Shown here: in pieces, positions 21,072-30,808 of the stretch
Layout: each line of letters starts with the position of its first letter
Numbering within the stretch: position 1 is the first letter of the stretch
From: an uncultured virus (IMG/VR IMGVR_UViG_3300008111_000114)
Lineage: Duplodnaviria > Heunggongvirae > Uroviricota > Caudoviricetes
IMG/VR virus record: IMGVR_UViG_3300008111_000114
Direction: 5' to 3' (one strand)
Length of the DNA stretch: 64,000 nucleotides
Notes under the pieces: generated by a model
The model's input: only the letters and a program-made list of their open reading frames with translations
What the model was told of the DNA's origin: nothing
Databases searched by the model: none
Translations under genes and position numbers: made by a program

Positions 21072-21276
21072 GGATACTAAAGTAACCGTAACACTAGGGT
21101 TTACAAAGAACCTTGGCAATTTCGAAAGCCTTCGTGTAGATATTGGAATACAAGACTACGTTCGTAAAGGTGAGACGGTTAGCGAGGCTACAGACAGAGT
21201 ATATAAGTTTGTAGAAGATAAGCTAACAGAGAAGTCTACAGAAATTGCTGAGGAGTTAAGTGGCAACAAAAAGTGA
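21064..21276 (+). CDS. Conserved-looking small phage protein
   Basis: 'VTLGFTKNLGNFESLRVDIG' motif; start at ATG 21064 with RBS. Confidence 0.55.
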   Translation: MTEDTKVTVTLGFTKNLGNFESLRVDIGIQDYVRKGETVSEATDRVYKFVEDKLTEKSTEIAEELSGNKK

Positions 21277-21613
21277 TCCTAAACTATCCTACAGCCTATT
21301 GTCTTTATACGAGCATCTGTACACAGAGAAGTATGGCAAGAAGCCTGTAGTAAACAGGTATAGAGAGAAGTGGGGAATGCACGATGTTATTGAATCTGTT
21401 GGATTCAATCGTGCCAAAGAGCTTCTAGAGTATTATTTTAGAACCAGTAAGAATGGGCACCCGCTCATGTGGTTCTTCAACAACTTTGACGTCATGGATA
21501 GAATGATGGATCAGAGGGCGGAAGATGATGAGCACCGTAAAAAGCTCAGAGGATTAACCAAGCAAATGGTTCAAGAAATGGAGCAGGATGAACACCGAAG
21601 CAGCAGTAATTAG
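21260..21613 (+). CDS. Hypothetical protein upstream of helicase (possible helicase loader/initiator partner)
   Basis: 117 aa, overlaps the dnaB start; function inferred from position only. Confidence 0.4.
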   Translation: MATKSDPKLSYSLLSLYEHLYTEKYGKKPVVNRYREKWGMHDVIESVGFNRAKELLEYYFRTSKNGHPLMWFFNNFDVMDRMMDQRAEDDEHRKKLRGLTKQMVQEMEQDEHRSSSN

Positions 21614-22802
21614 TGCAGTATGCAAAAACAAGGATATTAGTGTTCTCCTTGCAGATAACGTAGATGAAGTATTCCAGTCACATAAAGATGTCTGGGATGG
21701 ACTAAAGTCCTACTATTATAAGTTTAGGTCGGTACCTGACGTAGGTGTTCTACAGGATAAGTATAGAGACTTTGATCCTGTAGACACATCTGCTGAAACT
21801 GGTTTCTACCTAGAGCAAATGAAGTCTGAATTCTTGGGTAACAAGATTAAGACTGTACTATTGAATTCTGGAAGTTCTCTTAAAGAGAATGCTCCAGCTA
21901 GAGTTCTACAACAAATGCAGATGCAGTTGGCAGGACTAAGTAAGTTTACCAATAACGTAAGAGACTTGGATATCACAGATATTCAAGCAGCAACAGACCA
22001 CTATCTATCTGTTAGAGACCGCTCATTGGCCATGGGAGGCTCTCCAGGAATTCCTACAGGGTTTAAGGCTATAGATGCTGCATACCCTACTGGAATGGCT
22101 CCTGGGCACCTTATGGTCGTTATTGGTTGGCCAGGCCGTGGTAAAACATGGATGACCTCATATCTTGCATGCAAGGCGTGGGAACAAGGATTCAAACCAA
22201 TGATTATCTCATTGGAAATGTCTCCAGAAAACATGCGTGACCGTATTTATACGATGCTTGGATCTGGTATGTTTAGAGCTAGTCAGCTCCAGAAGGGTGA
22301 TATCAACTTAGATGATTTTAGCTCTTGGGCTACGACAAGCTTTAAAGATAAGCGTGGATTTATATTAGTATCGAACGAAGGCACTAATGAGGTTACTCCT
22401 GCCACGGTGCAGGGTAAGATTGACCAGCACAGACCTGACTTGGTTATTCTGGACTATCACCAGTTGTTTAATGACAACAAGCGTTCTAACTCAGAAGTTG
22501 AACGTAACCGTAATATCTCCCGTGAGTTCAAACTACTTGCGGTAACAAACAACATTCCTGTTATTGACATTACAGCAGCAACAGCGGATGATATATCGGA
22601 CCACGATGCTCCTCCTATGATGAGCCAAGTAGCGTGGTCAAAAGCAATTGAATATGATGCTGACATAGCTATGGCTGTTCACCGCCACCCAGATACTAAC
22701 ATGATCGAAGTGGTTTCAAGGAAGAACCGTCACGGCAGAGACTTTAGCTTCTTTTTGGACTGGGATATCGATAGGGGTATAATTAAAGAACTGTACGAGT
22801 AG
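21588..22802 (+). CDS. dnaB: DnaB-like replicative helicase
   Basis: Walker A GWPGRGKT, SLEMS, VILDYHQL, IEYDAD, KNRHG. Confidence 0.92.
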   Translation: MNTEAAVISAVCKNKDISVLLADNVDEVFQSHKDVWDGLKSYYYKFRSVPDVGVLQDKYRDFDPVDTSAETGFYLEQMKSEFLGNKIKTVLLNSGSSLKENAPARVLQQMQMQLAGLSKFTNNVRDLDITDIQAATDHYLSVRDRSLAMGGSPGIPTGFKAIDAAYPTGMAPGHLMVVIGWPGRGKTWMTSYLACKAWEQGFKPMIISLEMSPENMRDRIYTMLGSGMFRASQLQKGDINLDDFSSWATTSFKDKRGFILVSNEGTNEVTPATVQGKIDQHRPDLVILDYHQLFNDNKRSNSEVERNRNISREFKLLAVTNNIPVIDITAATADDISDHDAPPMMSQVAWSKAIEYDADIAMAVHRHPDTNMIEVVSRKNRHGRDFSFFLDWDIDRGIIKELYE

Positions 22803-22815
22803 ATAGGCTTACAGT

Positions 22816-23145
22816 TTGACCCACAAAAGAATAAAGCGGTTCCAGATTGATGGAATATTCAGAGACGATTCAGATATGATACGTCTCAGAGCCCAATACG
22901 AAAAAATGCTTATCCAGTCCATGCGTGGCGACGGGTATGTGCAAGTCCTTGACATAGACCCTGCCTTTTCGGTATCATATAATAACGACGAGAATATCTG
23001 GTCCTTCATGCTTACAATGCATGGAGTTTATGTAGGAAAGGTAAAGGCATGGCAAATAGAGGGGTGCTCCAACGGCAGGATGCTTCCACGCAGTATACCG
23101 AACGACAAATTAAGAAAGTCCTCAAAGCTGTCCAAGTCTCGCTAG
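22816..23145 (+). CDS. Hypothetical protein
   Basis: 109-aa ORF between helicase and primase. Confidence 0.5.
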   Translation: MTHKRIKRFQIDGIFRDDSDMIRLRAQYEKMLIQSMRGDGYVQVLDIDPAFSVSYNNDENIWSFMLTMHGVYVGKVKAWQIEGCSNGRMLPRSIPNDKLRKSSKLSKSR

Positions 23146-23990
23146 TATCAGAGACTGGAAATGACTTCTTATGTCTATGTCCAATTCACGGTAATAGAAA
23201 CACACCAAGCCTTTCAGTATCAAAGACTACTGGTTTATTCTTATGCTTTAACCCATCATGTGGGGCTAGCGGATCATTAATCGAGCTAGTTAAAACTGTT
23301 ACAAAGAGGAATGAGTTTGAGTCTCTTCGTCTTATATCTAAATGTGTAACAGATTCATTACAAGATTTCGATGAGCAGATCATCGAAGTATTAGAAGAGA
23401 AACCAGAGTTTGTTCAATTTGATCCACTCACCTTAGATAAGCTTTGGCAAGGAATGAATGATTTCCCAGAGGGTCGTGAGTATATGCACTCTCGTGGATT
23501 CAATGATGAAACTATCACATACTTCCAAGTTGGATATTCTAAGAATATGGATATGGTTACAGTACCAGTTCATGCTCCAGACGGAATGGCAATTGGAATT
23601 GTAGGTCGTGGAGTAAAAGAGAAGAAGTTTAAAAACTCTACTGGAGCTATGCGTATACATCAGGCTGGATACCCAAACGTAGTCGCTACGCTTGGAGGAC
23701 ATCTAAGCCCTAATAACTATGACTTGTTAAATAAATACTTTACCAAGATCATTATAGCTACAGATTTTGATGATAAAGCTACCCATAATGGAAAGAATCC
23801 TGGGCGGGACCTAGGCAATTCAATCGCTAATAGACTTAAGAATAAGGAAATCTTATGGGCTAGTTATGATTATCAAGTTGTGTATCCACATGGAGCTAAA
23901 GATATTGGCGATATGACGGATGCAGAAATAAAGCAATGCATTGAAAAAGCAGTACCAAACTATGAATATGCCTCTTGGGAAATCTACTAA
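23049..23990 (+). CDS. DnaG-like DNA primase (CHC2 zinc finger + TOPRIM), apparently with an internal in-frame deletion
   Basis: CPIH...CFNPSC zinc finger, ATLG, DFD, KDIGD motifs; the first TOPRIM strand and glutamate are missing near 23645. Confidence 0.8.
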   Translation: MANRGVLQRQDASTQYTERQIKKVLKAVQVSLVSETGNDFLCLCPIHGNRNTPSLSVSKTTGLFLCFNPSCGASGSLIELVKTVTKRNEFESLRLISKCVTDSLQDFDEQIIEVLEEKPEFVQFDPLTLDKLWQGMNDFPEGREYMHSRGFNDETITYFQVGYSKNMDMVTVPVHAPDGMAIGIVGRGVKEKKFKNSTGAMRIHQAGYPNVVATLGGHLSPNNYDLLNKYFTKIIIATDFDDKATHNGKNPGRDLGNSIANRLKNKEILWASYDYQVVYPHGAKDIGDMTDAEIKQCIEKAVPNYEYASWEIY

Positions 23991-24055
23991 GATGGTGTAT
24001 AATAGAAATACAGAGTCATTTACAGGCTCAAATATCGAAAAGGAAACATATTAAT

Positions 24056-24727
24056 ATGGCAATTGTAAAAGGTCTAAAAAGTATCAACTCCGTGCTAGAT
24101 AAGCAAGGAGACTCAGACGGGTCAAAGGCTCGTTGGGTAAAGCTAGGTGATGGAGAGAGCGTAAAGATTCGATTCCTCCAGGAGTTAGATCCAGATTCAC
24201 CAGATTATAGCGAAAAGGCTGGACTAGGTTTTATCGCAGCCGAACACACAAATCCAAAGAACTACAAGTCAAAGGCACTCTGCACATCAGACGATCAGGG
24301 TCGCTGCTTTGGTTGTGAGCAACATCGTAAAGACTATAAGGCAGGATGGAAGGCACGTTCACGCCTCTACATCAATGTCTTGGTTGACGACGGTAAGGAA
24401 GATCCTTATGTTGCAATTCTTTCACAGGGTACAAGCGGAAAGTCTATTACCCCAACACTAATTGAATACGCTGGAGAAATGGGAAGTATCTCAAATCTCA
24501 CATGGCGTCTTAAGCGTAGCGGTACAGGAACATCTACCGAATACGTAGCAATCTCCCTTGGACAAGACAAGGAAAAGTTTGATGCTTCAAAGTACGAACT
24601 ATTCGAATTGGAAAAGGTAGCAGTAAAGGAACTTACTTTTGAAGAGCAAGAGAAGTTCTACATGTTCGGGGAAACCGAAGATTCAACAGAGTCATCAGAG
24701 GGCTCATCAAGTAACGTAGAGTGGTAA
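24056..24727 (+). CDS. Single-stranded DNA-binding protein (gp32-like, Zn-binding)
   Basis: 'KL.DGESVKIRFL', Cys cluster, 'R.GTGTST.Y', acidic C-terminal tail; located between primase and polymerase. Confidence 0.7.
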   Translation: MAIVKGLKSINSVLDKQGDSDGSKARWVKLGDGESVKIRFLQELDPDSPDYSEKAGLGFIAAEHTNPKNYKSKALCTSDDQGRCFGCEQHRKDYKAGWKARSRLYINVLVDDGKEDPYVAILSQGTSGKSITPTLIEYAGEMGSISNLTWRLKRSGTGTSTEYVAISLGQDKEKFDASKYELFELEKVAVKELTFEEQEKFYMFGETEDSTESSEGSSSNVEW

Positions 24728-24731
24728 AAGT

Positions 24732-24753
24732 GGTGGGGGGTTCGCCCCCCACC
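24732..24753 (+). other. Very stable UUCG stem-loop between ssb and dnaE (mRNA stabiliser or partial terminator)
   Basis: GGTGGGGGG-TTCG-CCCCCCACC; no U-tract. Confidence 0.6.
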
Positions 24754-24772
24754 CCTTCCTTAGAAAGGGATT

Positions 24773-27700
24773 ATGTCTAACTTCACGCACCTACACGTGC
24801 ATTCACAGTATTCAGTAATGGATGGTTTAAATACACCATTAGAGTTAATGAATGCTGCAAAAAATCTAGGTCAAACAGCTATTGCAATTACAGATCATGG
24901 AACGCTGTCAAGCCACCGTGACATGCAAAAGGCTGCTATGGAAACGGGAATCAAGCCTATCCTTGGCGTAGAAGCATACATATCTGCTACCGATAGATTC
25001 GATAAGCGTGATACAAGTAAGCGTGACGACAACACATCAATTTTCAACCATATAATCCTGTTGGCTAAAAACAAAACAGGACTAAAGAATTTAAACAAGC
25101 TTTCAGAAATGGCATGGACAGAAGGCTACTATCACAAGCCACGCATTGACCGTGAGATATTAGCAGAGTATAAAGAAGGACTCATAATCCTATCTGGATG
25201 CATGAATGGCTTGATATCTAAAGCATTTGAAAGAAACGAAATAGCAGAAGCCAAGATGCTTGCTAAATGGTTTAAGAATACATTTGGTGATGCATTTTAT
25301 ATGGAAATTCAGCCACACAATCCAGTAGAGCTAAACAAGTTCTTACTAGAATTAGCAGACGAAGTTGGTATTAAGCCAGTTGTTACTGGTGACTGCCACT
25401 TCTCAACTAAAGAAGAGAGGGCATTGGAAGAAGCAATGCTTATTCTATCTACTTCCCCAAAGGCTAACAAAGAGGCGGACTTTGAGAAGTCACGTCAAAT
25501 GGATAACATATTTGATAGATATAACTACCTATACCCAGATAGAAAAATAAGCTTTGAACACCTAGATGTTTATGTAATGTCTAGAGAAGAAATTGAAGTG
25601 CAGATGCAGGCACAAGGAATTACACGTACAGATATCTATGACAATACTGTAGAGATTGCCAATTCTGTAGAAGAGTATGAGTTCCTTCAGGACCTAAACA
25701 TCCTGCCAAGACCAAAAGAAGATCCAGACAATACCGTAAGAGATATTTGCTGGAAGGCTATGGAAGAAATGAAACTTACCTCTAGCTGGCTTGGAAACGA
25801 TACCTACGAGCTAAGACTGGATGAAGAGTTAGAAGTTATTCGCAAGAAAGACTTCGCACCGTACTTCCTTGTCATTGCAGATATGATTAAGTGGGCTAAA
25901 GATAATAACATTATGGTTGGTCCTGGTCGTGGCTCTGCAGCAGGATCTTTGGTCTGTTACCTACTTGGTATCACAGATGTTGACCCAATTAAGTATGACT
26001 TGCTGTTCTTCCGATTTATTAATGAAGAGCGTAATGACTTCCCAGATATTGATACAGACTTTGAAGACCGTCGTCGTGGAGAAGTAAAGGAATATATTAG
26101 AAAGAAGTTTAAGAATGTTGCTTCTATCTCTACCTTTACATACTTCAAAGACAAGGGTGTTATCCGTGATGCTGCTCGTGTTTTTATGGTGCCACTAGGT
26201 GAAGTAAATAAAGCTCTAAAGGTTGTAGACACATTCGAAGACTTTGAAGAATCAGAGAATACTAAGTGGTTTAGAATGAAGTACCCAGAGGTTACAAAGC
26301 TAGCCCGTGAACTTCGTGGTCGAATTCGTTCCGTTGGTATGCATGCTGCTGGAGTTGTTGTGGCTAAGAAGGAACTTAGCAACTATGCCCCAATTGAAAC
26401 TCGTACAGATCCTAGCGATAAAGTAAGTGGTCGTGTACCAGTTGTTGCATATGATATGGATACAGTTGCAGACATTGGTCTTATCAAGCTTGACGTGTTG
26501 GGACTAAAAACTTTATCTGTTATATCAGATACACTAAAGATTGTAGAGAAGAGGCACAGTAAAAAGATTGTGCTGTCTGAACTAGCATTAGATGACAAAA
26601 AGGTTTATGAGATGTTGTCTCAGGGATTTACTAAAGGAGTATTCCAAGCAGAAGCCGTTCCTTATACAAACCTACTCATCAAGATGGGTGTAAGCGAATT
26701 CGAAGACCTAGCTGCTTCCAACGCCCTTGTTCGTCCAGGTGCTATGAATACTGTGGGTGCAAACTATATTAATCGTAAGAATTTGCATGAAGACGTCTCT
26801 TATATTCACCCAATAATGAAGCAGTTTACAGAGAATACATATGGTGTTATTATTTATCAAGAGCAGGTTATGCAGGCCTGCGTACACCTTGGCGGTATGT
26901 CTTGGGCAGAAGCTGACAAGGTTCGTAAGATTATTGGTAAGAAAAAAGATGCGAAGGAGTTTGATCAGTTCCGTGAAAAATTTGTTACTGGAGCAAGCAA
27001 TCATATTACAAAAGAGGCGGCAGAAGGCCTATGGCATTCTTTTGAAGCTCACGCTGGTTACTCTTTTAACCGTTCCCACGCTGTTGCTTATTCTCTGCTT
27101 TCATATTGGACTGCTTGGCTAAAGCTATACTATCCAACTGAGTTTATGTTCGCCATGCTTAAGAATGAAGGCGACAAGGATGCTCGTACAGACTACTTAA
27201 TTGAAGCTAAGCGTTTAGGTATTAAGATTTTGCTCCCACACGTAAATGAGTCTGAGTTAGATTTCAGTATTCAGGGGGATGCAATTAGATTTGGGTTAGC
27301 AGATGTAAAATATATTTCAGAGAATATTGGTAAAAAGATTATTGCCAATAGGCCCTACAAGAACTACGCTGATCTAAAGTCAAAGGCTGGTGCCAAAAAT
27401 AGCGGTATCAACAGTCGTGCACTAGATGCTCTTAATGCAATTGGTGGTGCGGCATTTGAAGATAACCCAAGAAGCGGTAGAGAGAAAGACAGTCTTTACG
27501 AATACTTAAACATACCTAAGTTTGATATTAGCGGAATTACTCCACATATTAAATCTCAGGTTAGTGTACTGGAAGATTTCGCTGAGCTTGGTACATTTGT
27601 ATTCATGGCTATGGTTAAATCTATTAAGCGTGGTACTGGATGGTCTCGTGTAGAGATTGTTGATGAAACAGCCTCCATTGGTGTATTCGATAGCGAAACT

Positions 27701-28066
27701 ACTGCAATTGAGACTGGTCAAATGTACTTCTTTCTGGTTGGAGATAACCGTATTCATAGGTATGTTGAGATTGATAAGGTGGTCAAAGAGGACCGCTCAG
27801 ACCCATTTGTTAACTATCTATACTCCACAAAGTTTGATTTGAAGGAAGATAACTACTATGTTATTGACTTTACAAACTACAAAACAAAAGCTGGCAAGTT
27901 AATGGCCCACACTATCATTACAGATGCTAATAAGAAATTAATTAGATCTATTGTATTCCCTCATGGGTATGCACGAGCTCTGGGAAAAATGAAGCCAGGG
28001 TCAAAGGTTGAACTAACCTTTACAAATACAGACGATGGAACCATCGTAGTTAAGGATATAAAATGA
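24773..28066 (+). CDS. dnaE: DNA polymerase III alpha subunit
   Basis: PHP motif HLHVHS..S..DG, ITDHG, GPGRGSAAGSL, PDIDTD, K.D.LGL, YSFNRSHAVAY. Confidence 0.96.
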   Translation: MSNFTHLHVHSQYSVMDGLNTPLELMNAAKNLGQTAIAITDHGTLSSHRDMQKAAMETGIKPILGVEAYISATDRFDKRDTSKRDDNTSIFNHIILLAKNKTGLKNLNKLSEMAWTEGYYHKPRIDREILAEYKEGLIILSGCMNGLISKAFERNEIAEAKMLAKWFKNTFGDAFYMEIQPHNPVELNKFLLELADEVGIKPVVTGDCHFSTKEERALEEAMLILSTSPKANKEADFEKSRQMDNIFDRYNYLYPDRKISFEHLDVYVMSREEIEVQMQAQGITRTDIYDNTVEIANSVEEYEFLQDLNILPRPKEDPDNTVRDICWKAMEEMKLTSSWLGNDTYELRLDEELEVIRKKDFAPYFLVIADMIKWAKDNNIMVGPGRGSAAGSLVCYLLGITDVDPIKYDLLFFRFINEERNDFPDIDTDFEDRRRGEVKEYIRKKFKNVASISTFTYFKDKGVIRDAARVFMVPLGEVNKALKVVDTFEDFEESENTKWFRMKYPEVTKLARELRGRIRSVGMHAAGVVVAKKELSNYAPIETRTDPSDKVSGRVPVVAYDMDTVADIGLIKLDVLGLKTLSVISDTLKIVEKRHSKKIVLSELALDDKKVYEMLSQGFTKGVFQAEAVPYTNLLIKMGVSEFEDLAASNALVRPGAMNTVGANYINRKNLHEDVSYIHPIMKQFTENTYGVIIYQEQVMQACVHLGGMSWAEADKVRKIIGKKKDAKEFDQFREKFVTGASNHITKEAAEGLWHSFEAHAGYSFNRSHAVAYSLLSYWTAWLKLYYPTEFMFAMLKNEGDKDARTDYLIEAKRLGIKILLPHVNESELDFSIQGDAIRFGLADVKYISENIGKKIIANRPYKNYADLKSKAGAKNSGINSRALDALNAIGGAAFEDNPRSGREKDSLYEYLNIPKFDISGITPHIKSQVSVLEDFAELGTFVFMAMVKSIKRGTGWSRVEIVDETASIGVFDSETTAIETGQMYFFLVGDNRIHRYVEIDKVVKEDRSDPFVNYLYSTKFDLKEDNYYVIDFTNYKTKAGKLMAHTIITDANKKLIRSIVFPHGYARALGKMKPGSKVELTFTNTDDGTIVVKDIK

Positions 28067-28299
28067 CACAAGAAGAAGGATTGGAAATCAATCTAGTACG
28101 ACTACTGCTTGCATCAATTCAAAGCAATGGCAATGTCTCTGTTAAGATAGAGGATTATATGTCACCTGAGTTAGACAAGAAGAGTTTATTTATAGAAGTA
28201 AATGAAGAAGAAAAGACATTTATTATTTCATTAGTAGAGGGAGATCAAAATGAGTCTGGACCTGATGGCGAGACAAGTACACCTGATAGCGAAGAGTAA
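28063..28299 (+). CDS. Hypothetical acidic protein
   Basis: 78-aa ORF overlapping the dnaE stop. Confidence 0.5.
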   Translation: MTQEEGLEINLVRLLLASIQSNGNVSVKIEDYMSPELDKKSLFIEVNEEEKTFIISLVEGDQNESGPDGETSTPDSEE

Positions 28300-28570
28300 A
28301 GGTTTTTGGGACGGGGAAGTTACATACGACAAGATTGGAAACAAGCTTGCGCTAGTACATTCTGAAGTAACAGAAGTCCTTGAGGCTATTAGAAAAGATC
28401 AAGGGCAGGAAAAGGTTGTTGAAGAGATGGCAGATATCATTATTAGATTAGTTGATCTTTATCAGGCAATGGTAAATACAGGGCAGATTAAAGACTCCCT
28501 AGACTTTATTTTGGATAAAAAGATTATGAAAAATATGGAGAGGCCAGCACTTCACGGAAACAAGTTTTAA
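28250..28570 (+). CDS. MazG-like NTP pyrophosphohydrolase
   Basis: 'LALVHSEVTEVLEAIRK......EEMADIIIRLVD' all-alpha NTP-PPase motif. Confidence 0.8.
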   Translation: MSLDLMARQVHLIAKSKGFWDGEVTYDKIGNKLALVHSEVTEVLEAIRKDQGQEKVVEEMADIIIRLVDLYQAMVNTGQIKDSLDFILDKKIMKNMERPALHGNKF

Positions 28571-28741
28571 TGCTATAATAGTATAAAATGAATGGTTACT
28601 TCTTATTCGGAACCAATAACGAAGTAATCCTTGTCCTAAAATCTGGACAAGAAGAGGACATACTTAATATCATTAGAAAACTTGCGACAATGCGTAGCAA
28701 GGACATGAAGGCATTTGCCTCACAATTAGAAGAGAGTTTTT

Positions 28742-29743
28742 ATGAGCGTAGTTACAGAAATACTATCCAAGCTGGACCCAAAGACAAGACAAAGAGTGCA
28801 AACAGCACTAGAGGTAGAAACACCAAAGCAAAAGACGCCAAGCATCGGACTGAACATGGCGTTAAAGGGGGGTCTAGGTCATGGAAGACAGATCCTCATT
28901 TGGGGGAATAAGTCAGCAGGTAAATCATCATTCTGTTTACAGATGATTGCTGAGGCACAAAAAGAAGGAAAGACTTGTGCTTGGATTGATGCAGAAGCAT
29001 CTTATTCTGCAGACTGGGCTGAAAAACTTGGAGTTAATTCAGAAGAATTAATTTACTCTCCAGCAAAAACTATTAACGATATGGTAGATGTTGCGACGCA
29101 ACTGATGGAGGCAGGAGTTGATATCATTGTCGTTGACTCTATATCAGCACTGCTTCCAGCAATCTATTTTGAAAAAGATAGCACTGAGCTAAAGAAATTA
29201 GAAGACACCAAGCAGATTGGTGCAGAAGCAAAGGATATGACACATGCAGTCAAAATGCTCAACTACGCAAACAAGAACACATTACTTGTTCTCATCTCAC
29301 AACAACGAAATCAGTTTGGATCTATGCATGCTTCGCACATCCCCACAGGTGGAATGGCTGTCAAGTTCTTCTCTTCCACTGTCGTTAAGCTCTGGTCGTC
29401 TGAAGCTGAGGCTAATGCTATTAAGGCTGGCGTTAAAGTTGGCGACAAGATTATCGAACAAAGAGTCGGAAGACCAGTTAACTGGATTATTGATTACAAC
29501 AAACTCGGCCCCCCTAATCTTTCAGGACAGTATGACTTCTACTTTCAGGGGGAGAATCTAGGAGTAGATCAAGTCGGAGAAGTCCTTGATGTTTCTGAGC
29601 AATTTGGAATCATAGAAAAGGGCGGTGCTTGGTATACAGTAAACGGAGAGCGTTTCCAAGGACGTGCTAAGGCAGTACAATACCTTAGAGATAATGCAGA
29701 TGTTGTAGAGAAGCTAAAGGCTGAAATATATGCCAAGGCTTGA
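28742..29743 (+). CDS. recA: RecA/UvsX-like recombinase
   Basis: Walker A GNKSAGKS, WIDAE, IVVDSI, TGG.A.KF..S, KGGAWY. Confidence 0.92.
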   Translation: MSVVTEILSKLDPKTRQRVQTALEVETPKQKTPSIGLNMALKGGLGHGRQILIWGNKSAGKSSFCLQMIAEAQKEGKTCAWIDAEASYSADWAEKLGVNSEELIYSPAKTINDMVDVATQLMEAGVDIIVVDSISALLPAIYFEKDSTELKKLEDTKQIGAEAKDMTHAVKMLNYANKNTLLVLISQQRNQFGSMHASHIPTGGMAVKFFSSTVVKLWSSEAEANAIKAGVKVGDKIIEQRVGRPVNWIIDYNKLGPPNLSGQYDFYFQGENLGVDQVGEVLDVSEQFGIIEKGGAWYTVNGERFQGRAKAVQYLRDNADVVEKLKAEIYAKA

Positions 29744-29915
29744 AGATTTCATGCTGAAAAAGAATCCATCTGGGTCAGCATATAAGACAGTTGTCGAAGG
29801 AACTTTTAGTTGTACAGAATGTGATGAAGTAGTAAAAAAAGCATCCTGGGACGAAAGAACTGGCGAACTAGAGTGGAAGTGCACACAAGATCACGTATCG
29901 AAAGCGAGGATGTAA
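29730..29915 (+). CDS. Small Zn-binding protein
   Basis: CxxC...CxxxH, 61 aa. Confidence 0.5.
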   Translation: MPRLEDFMLKKNPSGSAYKTVVEGTFSCTECDEVVKKASWDERTGELEWKCTQDHVSKARM

Positions 29916-30220
29916 TGTCTGAGCGTGGAGAGATAAAGCGTGACGGGGCTAAGGCTCAAAAGAATTCTGGGCGGGGCCAGTACCAAAAGGGCGATGCCAA
30001 ATGGTATTCCTTTGTAGTAGATTACAAAGAAGCTGCTAGATCATTTACCATGAACCAAGAGATCTGGGCTAAGATATGCACAGATACATTCAAGGTAAAC
30101 AGAAACATGCACCCATGCTTAAAGATTATTATTGGAGAAGATTCAAAGGTCAGACTAGGTATTGTTGAGTGGGCCATGCTAGAAGAACTCATTACGTTTT
30201 GGGAGGAAAATCATAAATGA
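29915..30220 (+). CDS. PD-(D/E)xK nuclease, Holliday-junction-resolvase-like
   Basis: 'NSGRG..QKGD......VDYK' motif. Confidence 0.6.
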   Translation: MSERGEIKRDGAKAQKNSGRGQYQKGDAKWYSFVVDYKEAARSFTMNQEIWAKICTDTFKVNRNMHPCLKIIIGEDSKVRLGIVEWAMLEELITFWEENHK

Positions 30221-30338
30221 CACAAGCCTTGTGGTTCTTTTTTGGTTTAGGTTTAGGTCTTGCATTAGACTGGGTTTTGGTTATGCATATGTTAAAGCCA
30301 ATTAAAAAAAGATTAAATAGTTTAGAGGAGAATATCAA

Positions 30339-30497
30339 ATGAAAGAAATGCTTATGACTACTACAGTTGGAGCAATTACAGGGGCTATATTTAGTGCATT
30401 CAAGCTTCCTATTCCCGCTCCTCCAGTATTTGCTGGATTGATGGGTATTGTTGGTTTATGGATTGGTTATGCTCTAGTTCAGAAGGTTTTCCTATGA
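30339..30497 (+). CDS. XapX-domain (DUF1427-like) small membrane protein
   Basis: 52 aa, not in the ORF track: MKEMLMTTTVGAITGAIFSAFKLPIPAPPVFAGLMGIVGLWIGYALVQKVFL; two hydrophobic helices around P.PAPP; GAGGAG RBS. Confidence 0.7.
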   Translation: MKEMLMTTTVGAITGAIFSAFKLPIPAPPVFAGLMGIVGLWIGYALVQKVFL

Positions 30498-30808
30498 GCG
30501 AAAACATACTGGAGAAGATTAGTGAAGTTACTGAGTTCAATGATCTAAAAGAGTTTATGAAGGATCCAGAGTTGGATACTGCTCTAGATGCTATAATTAA
30601 GGTAGTAACAAAACCAGACATCCCGCCAGCAGCGGCGTCAGTGCTAATAATTAAGTTACAAGCGATATCAGCAAAGCTTTCTATCCTTGCTAGATATTAC
30701 ACAACTATGGAAAAAGGAGAAGTCGCCAGCAAAAAGAAGAACGTGTACTACACGGTTGCCGATTCAATCGACAAGCTTGTGGCCGCTCTTAAGTATGGTG
30801 TTAAATAA
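30494..30808 (+). CDS. Hypothetical helical protein
   Basis: Starts MSENILEK at the ATG overlapping the XapX stop. Confidence 0.55.
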   Translation: MSENILEKISEVTEFNDLKEFMKDPELDTALDAIIKVVTKPDIPPAAASVLIIKLQAISAKLSILARYYTTMEKGEVASKKKNVYYTVADSIDKLVAALKYGVK

